From assembly GCA_029262755.1 (NCBI GenBank), contig JAJCYU010000306.1, positions 1-35,922 on the forward strand: a DNA stretch of 35,922 nucleotides, read 5' to 3'. The position numbers and the translations under genes are program-made. Below the pieces are notes generated by a model. The model saw nothing but the letters and a program-made list of their open reading frames with translations, ran no database searches and had not been told where the DNA came from. Source of the stretch: Anaerolineae bacterium. GTDB taxonomy: Bacteria > Chloroflexota > Anaerolineae > Epilineales > Epilineaceae. This document shows positions 19,128 through 27,162 of the stretch, one piece after another. The stretch's first letter is position 1; every line of letters starts with the position of its first letter.

Positions 19128-20393
19128 ATGGATCCCAGCCCGCGCCACGGCGCCTTCCGCCATATCCCGTTCATGGGCGTGATCTACGTCGTCGACGAGG
19201 CGCACAAGCTCGGCTTCTACAACGGCCATCCGGACTGGTGCAACCTCGGCCAGGGCCAGCCCGAGGTCGGCCCGATGGAGGGTGCGCCGCCGCGCTATGC
19301 GCGCATCGACATGCAGCCCGGCGATCACGCCTATGGCCCCGTCGGCGGTACGGACGAACTGCGCGACGTGATCGCGGCCCACTACAACCGGCTGTACCGG
19401 CAGGGCAAAGCTTCGCAGTACACGCGGGACAACGTCAGCGTGGCCTCGGGTGGACGGCTCATGCTCAAGCGCACTTTCGCGGCCCTCGGCGCGGTGAACC
19501 TCGGCTACCAGATTCCCGACTACACCGCCTATCAGGACCTGATCGATTACCACAGCCATCGCTTCACGCCCGTCTTGTTGCCGGCGCGCGAGGAGGACGG
19601 CTTCGCGATTCCCACCTCGGACTTCGAGCGTGCCGTGCGAACCTTGGGCCTCGGCGCGTTCGTGGTGAGCAACCCCTGCAACCCGACGGGCAACGTCATC
19701 CAGGGGGACGAACTCGCGACCTATATGCGCATCGGGCGCGCGCACGATTGCACGTTGATCTTCGACGAGTTCTACTCGCACTTCATCTACGATCCGGCCG
19801 GCGGCCCGGCCGCGGGCCCCGTCTCCGCGGCGGCGCTGGTGGAGGACGTCGAAACCGACCGCGTGCTGCTGATCGACGGTCTGACCAAGTGCTTCCGCTA
19901 TCCCGGCTGGCGCTTGGGCTGGGCGGTAGGTCCGACCGACATGATCCAGATGCTCGACCGCGCCGCGAGCGCCGTGGACGGCGGCCCGAGCCGGCCGGTG
20001 CAACGCGCGGCCATCGACGTGCTGGAGCCCGGCCGCGCCGATCAGGAGACCACGGCCCTACGCACTATGTTCGCCCGCAAGCGCGATCTCATGGTGGACG
20101 GCCTGTCGGCGATGGGCATCCGCTGCGCACGCGAGACCGAGAGCACCTTCTACACGTGGGCCTCGCTGGCCGAGCTACCGGAGCCGCTGCGCGACGGCCA
20201 CGCCTTCTTCCGTGCTGCGCTCCAGGAGAAGGTCATGACGGTCCCCGGCGTGTTCTTCGACGTGAACCCCGGCGGCCGGCGCACCGGCCCCTCGCCCTTC
20301 GCGCAGTGGACGCGCTTCTCCTTCGGCCCCGACTACGCGACGGTGGAGGAAGGGCTCAGTCGGCTCCGCCGGGTGATTCAAGCGGCCGGCTGA
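19128..20393 (+). CDS. PLP-dependent class I/II aminotransferase (aspartate aminotransferase-like)
   Basis: Motifs NLGQGQPE, SNPCNPTG, IFDEFY and DGLTK..RYPGWRLGW. Confidence 0.9.
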   Translation: MDPSPRHGAFRHIPFMGVIYVVDEAHKLGFYNGHPDWCNLGQGQPEVGPMEGAPPRYARIDMQPGDHAYGPVGGTDELRDVIAAHYNRLYRQGKASQYTRDNVSVASGGRLMLKRTFAALGAVNLGYQIPDYTAYQDLIDYHSHRFTPVLLPAREEDGFAIPTSDFERAVRTLGLGAFVVSNPCNPTGNVIQGDELATYMRIGRAHDCTLIFDEFYSHFIYDPAGGPAAGPVSAAALVEDVETDRVLLIDGLTKCFRYPGWRLGWAVGPTDMIQMLDRAASAVDGGPSRPVQRAAIDVLEPGRADQETTALRTMFARKRDLMVDGLSAMGIRCARETESTFYTWASLAELPEPLRDGHAFFRAALQEKVMTVPGVFFDVNPGGRRTGPSPFAQWTRFSFGPDYATVEEGLSRLRRVIQAAG

Positions 20394-21768
20394 GCGGCGC
20401 CGAGGATTGCCAGAAGGTGAGCGCCCAGACCCCGATCAGCCAGGTCAAGGCGCCGGCCATCGCGAGACCGGAGAGCACCATGAGCCACGGAAACACGTCA
20501 CCGACAAACGCGAACTTGTCGGGATTCGCCGCCCGGTAACGGATGAGGCCGCGCGTGGCACCGTGCGTGATCCAAGTCACCCAGAAGATGCCGATGGACC
20601 AATTGAGCGTCGGCACCGTCCACGCGACGCCTTGGCCGCGCACGACCGGGTGCTCGCGTCCCGCGACGGCGCGCAGCACGTAGGCCAGGCAGGCCAGCAG
20701 GATCATCGTGTCGATGCCGAGCATGCTACCCATGCTGTGCGCGACGATCACGTGCGTGCCGTGCACGAGCGCGTTGAGCGGCGGAATGGCGATGACCATG
20801 GCCAGGAAGAGCATCAAGAAGATCCACAGGGTTGTCGAGCGCGCGAAGCCGTCCGCCATCCGCAAATCCTTCTCTTCCAGGGGCTTCGCGCGCGTCAAGC
20901 CTGCGACGTCCATGCTGACCTTCGCCAGGATCGCGATCTCCAACATGCTCACGATGAACGAGATCCAGTTGATCCAAGAGCTCTGCGGCAGGTGATAGGT
21001 ATGGTGGCCGTAGTTGGTGAGGGTGTTGAGCATGCCGACGGCGAACAAGGAGAAGGCCAACCGGCAGAAGGCATAGCCGAAGTCGCGACGAATGCGACAG
21101 CCGATGTACATCAGGCAGCCATAGGCCAGCTGGTTGAAGGCACCCACCAACACTCCGTTGGAGCGCCATTGGACCTGCAGGTCCTTGATGGGCCGCATCC
21201 CGACCGCGTCGAGCATCCACAGGAAGCTCTCGCCATAGGCCAGCAGAAACAAGGGGATGGAGACCATCCACATGATCACGAAAACGGGCCGTTTGCGCGG
21301 ATCGATGCCGACGCGGCCGTAGAGATTCCAGCCGAAGAGCACCCAGCCGGCGATGATCAGCAGCGCATAGGGCCATTCGTGGGCCCCGTACTCGCGGCCG
21401 GTAAAGCGTCCCGCGAGGTTCGATACGAGGATCCCCGCACCGGCCAGCGACCACAAGACCATCTGTACTCGGAAGCGCAGCCGCTCCGCGGCACCAAAGG
21501 GCCCGTGCTCGCTGAGAAGGTAGTAGTAGACGACCGCAACACCGCCCAAGAAGATCCACGCGAACGCGAACGACTCATGGATCGGCCGAAAGTGCTGCAG
21601 CGTGAAGCCCGCTTCGCGCAGCGTGGCCTCGAAGGGCGTATAGGCGGTCGTGGCGAGGACGCCGAACGCCACCGTAATCGCGACCGAGAGCAGCGCGAGC
21701 AGGACTTGGAAGACCAAGAGGCGGCGATCTTCGCCCTCGATCGCGTAGCTCGGTTCGCGCTCGCTCAT
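20356..21768 (-). CDS. Heme-copper oxidase superfamily subunit I, cNOR NorB-like but with a divergent active site (likely auto-annotated as cbb3-type/NO reductase large subunit)
   Basis: 470-aa polytopic membrane protein whose ATG 21768 overlaps the upstream TGA. Motifs RPIH64, GREY, GH255H256, LE277 and HGT..VAH344SM346. Confidence 0.85.
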   Translation of the reverse strand: MSEREPSYAIEGEDRRLLVFQVLLALLSVAITVAFGVLATTAYTPFEATLREAGFTLQHFRPIHESFAFAWIFLGGVAVVYYYLLSEHGPFGAAERLRFRVQMVLWSLAGAGILVSNLAGRFTGREYGAHEWPYALLIIAGWVLFGWNLYGRVGIDPRKRPVFVIMWMVSIPLFLLAYGESFLWMLDAVGMRPIKDLQVQWRSNGVLVGAFNQLAYGCLMYIGCRIRRDFGYAFCRLAFSLFAVGMLNTLTNYGHHTYHLPQSSWINWISFIVSMLEIAILAKVSMDVAGLTRAKPLEEKDLRMADGFARSTTLWIFLMLFLAMVIAIPPLNALVHGTHVIVAHSMGSMLGIDTMILLACLAYVLRAVAGREHPVVRGQGVAWTVPTLNWSIGIFWVTWITHGATRGLIRYRAANPDKFAFVGDVFPWLMVLSGLAMAGALTWLIGVWALTFWQSSAPLSRPLESPGGAD

Positions 21769-22580
21769 CGTCCGTACTCCCACCAGGGTAGCCCGCTCAG
21801 CCGGAAGGGCTCGCGGTCGATGAGCTCCGCGCTGTAGGGCCGTAGCCCGTCGCGTTGTTCGCGCAGGAAGGTCAGCATCGCGGAGAGGTTTTCGACCTCG
21901 CCCTCCGACAGCTCGTAGCGCGGCATCGTCAGCGGGCCGCGCGCGACGGCCGACGCGACGGCGTCCGGCGCGAGATCGACGTCGCCCGTCAGATGATCGA
22001 CGGCGCCGCCGGTGCCCAACGCGAATGGTATGTGGCACGCGCCGCATGCGTTCGTCTCCCACACGGCCAGGCCCTCCGTCACCGCCGCGGGCACCACGGC
22101 ACCCGTGTCCACAGCCCACCGGTCGAGCAGCGTTCGGTGGAGCGTGAGCGGCGAGACCTTGGGCGTCACGGCGAGGGGCGGCAGTTGGCCCGTGCCCGTA
22201 CGGTTAACGGCACGCAGATAGGCCAGGATCGCGCTGCGCTCGTCGGCATCGAATTCGAAAGCCGGCATCGGCGCCTCGCCCACCGTCAGGATCGCCTCGA
22301 AGTCCTCGTCGTCGCGCGCCTCGGTGACCTGGTTGGTCAGGTCGGGACCGAGAAAGCCGCCGAAGCCGTAGATCTGGTGACAGGCCTGGCAGTTGTTCGA
22401 TCGCCAGAGGGCAAGGCCCTGCCGCTCTTGTGCGTTCAACGGCGGCACGTCATCCACCCGACCATGATCCGTGTACGCAATCCACGATACGCCGAAATAG
22501 ATTAGCCACAGCACCACCATCACCGGCAGGCAGAACCGGCGGGCGGGCGGGTGTTCGTGAGGGCTGGCGATCGGCGGCAT
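21765..22580 (-). CDS. Membrane-anchored diheme cytochrome c, NorC-like subunit
   Basis: N-terminal TM helix, then G..LW..NNCQACHQIYG.GG.LGPDLT...MPAF (NorC-like). A second domain carries CGACH...MPRY. Translationally coupled (ATGA) to the NorB-like gene. Confidence 0.85.
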   Translation of the reverse strand: MPPIASPHEHPPARRFCLPVMVVLWLIYFGVSWIAYTDHGRVDDVPPLNAQERQGLALWRSNNCQACHQIYGFGGFLGPDLTNQVTEARDDEDFEAILTVGEAPMPAFEFDADERSAILAYLRAVNRTGTGQLPPLAVTPKVSPLTLHRTLLDRWAVDTGAVVPAAVTEGLAVWETNACGACHIPFALGTGGAVDHLTGDVDLAPDAVASAVARGPLTMPRYELSEGEVENLSAMLTFLREQRDGLRPYSAELIDREPFRLSGLPWWEYGR

Positions 22581-22822
22581 GAGTGGGTCCGGTCCGGTGG
22601 CTTCGGAAGGCTCGCCCGGAACGCGCGTTGGCGGCCCGATCGGCGCGGCATGCTAGCCCGGAGGCTTTCCGACGGTCAAACCTTTCTTGGGTGGGGAGGG
22701 GACGCGGAGTCGATCGTATTGTCCCACAGCAGGTGATTGGCCGCTCGTCGGAAGCACGTTATGCTCGACGACCGATTCGCTGCCGCGCGTCGAGGCGAAG
22801 TCCGAGGCCGCACTGGAGGTCC

Positions 22823-23350
22823 ATGATGTCGCAACCAGCCGCCGGAAGCACCCTCCTCGCCGAGCTGCTCCGTCATCACCGCTGGGCGAACCTCGTGTTG
22901 ATCGACGCCTGCGCCGAGGTTGCGGACACCGTCATGGATCGCGATGTCGAAGCCGCGTATGGCGTGCCCCGCGCGACCCTGATGCACCTGGTATCGGCGG
23001 AGGAAGGCTACGTGCGCCTGCTCGGCCATACGAGCGCGACCGAGCCCCTCGACGAAGACGCGGGCTTCCCCGGCTACGCGGAGCTACGGGCTCGGGCCGC
23101 GGCCAGCGGCGACGCGCTTGTCGCGCTCGCGTCCGCCCTCGATCCCGAGGCAACGTGGCTTCAGCCCCGCGATGACGACGGCACGCGCTACACCGCGCAC
23201 CCGGCCGTGCCGCTGATCCAGGCGGTCAACCACGGCGCGGAGCATCGCGAGCAGATCAAGCACGCCTTGAGCGTGGCGGGCATTGCGCCGCCCCGCATCG
23301 ATGCCTGGGGCTATGCGTTCGCCGCGGACCTGATGCGCGTGGTGGACTGA
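22823..23350 (+). CDS. DinB family protein
   Basis: GGAGG RBS and ATG 22823. Motifs HHRWAN, TLMHLVSAE and QAVNHGAEHREQ (DinB His triad). Confidence 0.88.
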   Translation: MMSQPAAGSTLLAELLRHHRWANLVLIDACAEVADTVMDRDVEAAYGVPRATLMHLVSAEEGYVRLLGHTSATEPLDEDAGFPGYAELRARAAASGDALVALASALDPEATWLQPRDDDGTRYTAHPAVPLIQAVNHGAEHREQIKHALSVAGIAPPRIDAWGYAFAADLMRVVD

Positions 23351-23353
23351 GCC

Positions 23354-23890
23354 ATGGCATCCCGTTCCCACGCCTACCACTTCCTCACCCACTGGCGCGT
23401 GCGCGGCACGGTCGAAGAAGTCGCGAACGTGCTGGCCGACCCGACCGACCTGCCACGTTGGTGGCCGTCGGTCTATCTCGACGTCGAGCAACTCAGTCCG
23501 GGCGACGAAAACGGGATCGGCGGGGTGGTCGAGCTCTTCTCGAAGGGCTGGCTGCCCTACACCGTGCGCTGGCGCTTCGGCGTCACGGAGGCCGATCCCC
23601 CGCACAGTATTGCGCTGGAGGCCTCGGGCGATTTTGTGGGCGAGGGACGGTGGACCTTCATCCAGGACGGCCCTGACGTGGCCATCACCTACGACTGGCG
23701 CGTGGAGGCCCAGAAGCCGATGCTACGCCGGCTGAGCTTCCTGCTCAAGCCCATCTTCGCGGCCAACCACCACTGGGCGATGGCGCGCGGCGAAGAGAGC
23801 CTCGACCTCGAGCTACGCCGCCGCCGCGCCAAGACGGACGCGGAGCGCGACGCTCTCGGATCGCCGCCAGGACCCACGTTCCGTTGGTAG
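23354..23890 (+). CDS. SRPBCC (START/polyketide cyclase-dehydrase) family protein
   Basis: Motifs LPRWWPSV, KGWLPY, ASGDFVGEGRWT and LLKPIFAANH.WAM..GEESL. Confidence 0.85.
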   Translation: MASRSHAYHFLTHWRVRGTVEEVANVLADPTDLPRWWPSVYLDVEQLSPGDENGIGGVVELFSKGWLPYTVRWRFGVTEADPPHSIALEASGDFVGEGRWTFIQDGPDVAITYDWRVEAQKPMLRRLSFLLKPIFAANHHWAMARGEESLDLELRRRRAKTDAERDALGSPPGPTFRW

Positions 23891-23973
23891 CTGACGTACG
23901 AACGGCCTACCGCGGCATCCGCCGGTCACTCCACTCGCCCACCGCTACTACCTCGGTCCGCCGTCGCCCGCCG

Positions 23974-25425
23974 CTACGCGCGCGGCGCGCCATCGACCGG
24001 GAGTCGCAACGCGAACGTCGCCCCGCCGTGCGTCGGCTCGACGGCCGCCAACGTGCCGCCGTGCGCCCGGGCGACCGCACGCGCGACCGCTAGGCCCAGC
24101 CCCGCGCCGCCCACGTCGCGGCCGCGCGCCTCGTCGAGGCGGACGAAGCGCTCGAACACGCGCTCCCGATCGGCGGGCGCGATCCCGGGGCCGTCGTCGC
24201 TCACGAGGATGTCTACCGTGGATGGCGCGGCGGGGTCGGCGTAGGGCGATGCGCTGGATTGCACGTCCAGCCATACGCCGCGCTGCGCGTGGCGCGCCGC
24301 GTTGTCCAGCAGGTTGCGCAGCGCGCGCCGCAGCAGCGCGGGATCGACCGTGAGCGTAGGCGCATCCGCGACGTCCGCGTGCACCGGAAGGCCGTGGCCG
24401 GACTCCGTGGCGGACGCCTCTTCGCGCAGCAGGTCCGCGAGGGCGACGTCGCGCGGATGGAGGGTCAGACCGCGCTCGTCGTGCCGCGCCAGGGTCAGCA
24501 GGTCGTCCGCGAGCCGCTCCAGGCGCAGGTCTTCGCGCAGCAGGTCGCGCACAAGCTCGCCTTGCTCCACGGCCTCGGGATAGTCGCGCGCCACCTCGAG
24601 CATCGTCCGAATGGCGGCGATCGGGCTGCGCAGCTCGTGCGACGCGTCCGCGACGAAGCGGCGTCGTTGCTCGGTGGAGGCGCGGATGCGCGTGATGAGG
24701 TCGTTGAGCGTCAGCGCCAGCCGCTGCACTTCGTCGCGCGTCGCCGGCACGGGTACGCCCGTCGCGAGGTCGTCCGCGCTGATGGCCGCGGCCCGCGCCC
24801 GGATTGCCTCCACGGGACGCAGCGTACGGCCTACCAAGTGCCATACGAGCGCCGCGGTAGCGAGCAGGATCACGGGCAACGCGAGGGCCAGCAGGGGCGC
24901 GAGGACTTCTGTCGCGCGTTCGACAGGGCCGAGGCCGGCAACGACGATGACCGTGGCCGGCCCTGCGGACGTCTCGACGCCGTAGGCCGCCATCCACGCG
25001 GGCTCGAGATCGGCATCGGCGCCGGCGTCGTCCCGATCTTCGTCCTCGATCTCCGGCCACTCGATCCGCCGGCTGACGCTCGCGCCCGGCACGAGGCGGG
25101 GTCCGGCGAGCGGTGGTGCGCCGGCCAGGTCGGGGCTGGCGGCGAGCACCTGCTCGTCCGGGCCGATGACCTGGACGATGAGGGCTTCCCCGCGGCTGGG
25201 AAGGACGGCGGGCAGCGCACCGCTCTCCGCCAGCACGCCGATGTCGCGTGCGCGCGTCTCCGCGGTCGTGCGCACGGCGTCGGTGAGGGCATCGGCCGTA
25301 GCCCATAGCAGGCCGATGCCGCCCAGTGTCAGGACGACGCCGACCACGAGCACGGCCGCGAGCGTCGTGCGAGCGCGCAGGCCGGCCGCTAGATCCCGCC
25401 AACGCGACAAGCGATCAGCCCCCAT
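23974..25425 (-). CDS. HAMP-domain sensor histidine kinase
   Basis: Two TM helices and a HAMP segment (RDEVQRLA.TLN). H-box FVADASHELRSP, N-box NLLDNA, G1 DDGPG, G2 GAGLGL. Confidence 0.93.
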   Translation of the reverse strand: MGADRLSRWRDLAAGLRARTTLAAVLVVGVVLTLGGIGLLWATADALTDAVRTTAETRARDIGVLAESGALPAVLPSRGEALIVQVIGPDEQVLAASPDLAGAPPLAGPRLVPGASVSRRIEWPEIEDEDRDDAGADADLEPAWMAAYGVETSAGPATVIVVAGLGPVERATEVLAPLLALALPVILLATAALVWHLVGRTLRPVEAIRARAAAISADDLATGVPVPATRDEVQRLALTLNDLITRIRASTEQRRRFVADASHELRSPIAAIRTMLEVARDYPEAVEQGELVRDLLREDLRLERLADDLLTLARHDERGLTLHPRDVALADLLREEASATESGHGLPVHADVADAPTLTVDPALLRRALRNLLDNAARHAQRGVWLDVQSSASPYADPAAPSTVDILVSDDGPGIAPADRERVFERFVRLDEARGRDVGGAGLGLAVARAVARAHGGTLAAVEPTHGGATFALRLPVDGAPRA

Positions 25426-26092
25426 CGGCCGCCAGCAAGTAGCCCGCGCCGCGGACCGTCTTGAGCGCGCACCGCCCGAAGGGGGCGTCGATCTTGCGGC
25501 GGAGTTGGCCGACGTAGACCTCGACGATGTTCGGGCCGCCCTCGTAGCGCCAGTCCCAGACGTGCTCGATGATGCGCGTCTTGCTCAGCACGACATCCGG
25601 ATGTCGCATCAAGTACTCGAGCAAGGCGTACTCACGCGGGGTCAGCTCGATGTCGGCCTCGCAGCGGCGCACGACGCGCCGCGCGGGGTCGAGCACGAGG
25701 TCGCCCGCGGCGAGCACCGCCGGCCGCTCGTGCACCGTGCGGCGTAGCAGCGCCCGAATGCGCGCCAAGAGCACGACGAAGGAGAAGGGCTTGGTCAGGT
25801 AGTCGTCGGCGCCGGTGTCAAGGCCCTCAGCCTCGTCATGCTCGCCGTCCTTGGCCGTGAGCATGAGGATCGGCATCCAGCGCTCCGCGGCGCGCAGATC
25901 GGCGCACACGAGGTAGCCGTTGCGTTTGGGCAGCATGATGTCGAGGATCACCAAGTCGTACTCGATCTCGGTGGCCAGCCACAGACCTTGCTCACCGTCT
26001 TCGGCCAGATCCACCGCGAAGCCCTCGGCCTCCAGCCCGCGCCGCAGATAGCCACCGAGGGTGACCTCGTCCTCGACCACCAAGATGCGCAC
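25415..26092 (-). CDS. OmpR/PhoB-family response regulator
   Basis: Motifs RILVVEDE, LDIMLP, MLTA, GADDYLTKPF and winged helix LTPREY...NIVEVYV..LRRKID...TVRGAGY. Start GTG 26092 after GGAGG (alternatives 26098, 26131). Confidence 0.93.
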   Translation of the reverse strand: MRILVVEDEVTLGGYLRRGLEAEGFAVDLAEDGEQGLWLATEIEYDLVILDIMLPKRNGYLVCADLRAAERWMPILMLTAKDGEHDEAEGLDTGADDYLTKPFSFVVLLARIRALLRRTVHERPAVLAAGDLVLDPARRVVRRCEADIELTPREYALLEYLMRHPDVVLSKTRIIEHVWDWRYEGGPNIVEVYVGQLRRKIDAPFGRCALKTVRGAGYLLAADGG

Positions 26093-26255
26093 GCTCACCG
26101 ACCTCCGCTTGGACTTGAGCTTCGTTTCCATTGTGGATTCCGCACGACCGTAGGGTCATGAAACCGATGGTCGTTCAGCACTCCAACCTTCGTTCCGCCG
26201 TGGGTTGGACGGAAACCATCGTACACGGAAGAAGCCATCGTATACGGAGTCGGAG

Positions 26256-26291
26256 GACGGGGAAGCCTCTTGAATTCGAGGCTTCCCCGTC
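26256..26291. terminator. 14-bp perfect stem-loop between the PepSY and response regulator genes
   Basis: GACGGGGAAGCCTC-TTGAATTC-GAGGCTTCCCCGTC. No clear U-tract, so it may be a terminator or an mRNA-stabilising hairpin. Confidence 0.55.
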
Positions 26292-26380
26292 TCAGGATTG
26301 AACGCGGGTCCCGCGTCGCACCTATCCCGATCTGACGATCGCGCGGGCGTCGAACCAGTCCGGTCCGTTCGCGAATTCCG

Positions 26381-26884
26381 TCAGTCGTCGTCCCGCTCTA
26401 CCTCGACCACCGCGCCGGTCTCGGCATCGACCTCGACCTCGTAGCCGCTGTCGAAGCTGATTTCGTAGAGCAGCCGGCCATTCTCGCGCTCCAACTCGAC
26501 CGAGCCGGCCACGCCGTCCACCTTCGCGCTTGCGATAGCGATGGCTTCCTCGGCGCTGATGGTGGCTTCGGACGCCAGGTGCGCGCCCTCTTCCTCATCG
26601 GCGCCGTCGTCGTCGCCGTCGTTCTCGTTTTCGTGTTCCACAGCGTCGTCGTCCTGCGTGGTGATCGCGACATCGGACACGTCGCCTGGTGCGGATGAGG
26701 CCGCGTCGGCGGGTCCGGCATTCACGTTCACGTTCTCGACGGCCGCGCTGCTGGTCGTCGTGCGATCGGCCGTTGTGCTATCGGCCGAGGCCGGATCGTT
26801 GCCGAAGGTGCCGCCGACCACCATGGCGGCCGCTATGAACGCAACGACGATCGTCGTTGCGGCAAGCACAGGCTTGATGCGCAT
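26381..26884 (-). CDS. Secreted PepSY domain protein
   Basis: AGGAG RBS, signal peptide and acidic linker, then ISAEEAIAIA...SVELERENGRLLYEI...EVEVDAETGAV. Confidence 0.9.
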   Translation of the reverse strand: MRIKPVLAATTIVVAFIAAAMVVGGTFGNDPASADSTTADRTTTSSAAVENVNVNAGPADAASSAPGDVSDVAITTQDDDAVEHENENDGDDDGADEEEGAHLASEATISAEEAIAIASAKVDGVAGSVELERENGRLLYEISFDSGYEVEVDAETGAVVEVERDDD

Positions 26885-26951
26885 GCGGAGCTCCTATTGC
26901 TGGGTTCCGTAAACGGAAGGGGGGCGGACGGTGCTCAGGATGCCCGATGCC

Positions 26952-26970
26952 TGCTGAGGCGTTGCTGAAG
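26952..26970 (-). promoter_or_regulatory. Putative OmpR-family tandem binding site upstream of PepSY
   Basis: TGCTGAGG and TGCTGAAG direct repeat with 11-bp period, about 70 nt upstream of the PepSY start. Confidence 0.45.
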
Positions 26971-27062
26971 ACGGGTGCGGCCAGGATTACGTGCACAGGT
27001 CGAGCTCGCACATTGCTTCTTTCGGCGAGCGGGTGTTGTTCGATCGCGTCGACGTGCTTGGG

Positions 27063-27117
27063 TTCGGTCCAGCGGCATTTCCGACCAGCGGCGATTCCGA
27101 CCAGCGGGGTTTCCGAC
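27063..27117. repeat. 16-bp tandem repeat, about 3.5 copies
   Basis: TTCGGTCCAGCGGCAT / TTCCGACCAGCGGCGA / TTCCGACCAGCGGGGT / TTCCGAC. Confidence 0.75.
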
Positions 27118-27146
27118 ATCTAGGACGCCGTGCGGCCGCGTGACCG

Positions 27147-27162
27147 TGTTACCATGGCCGTC
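27147..27162 (+). promoter_or_regulatory. Extended -10 promoter for a leaderless ABC transporter transcript
   Basis: TG-n-TACCAT (27147-27155), then 7 nt, then ATG 27163. No Shine-Dalgarno. Confidence 0.5.

Noticed and set aside
20356..21768. cbb3 oxygen reductase (ccoN) or canonical norB call
   Set aside because: The helix VI His is absent, the HxH motif reads HxM, there are no ccoO/Q/P genes, and the partner is NorC-like.
27063..27117. CRISPR array
   Set aside because: The units are 16 bp and contiguous, with no spacers and no cas genes.
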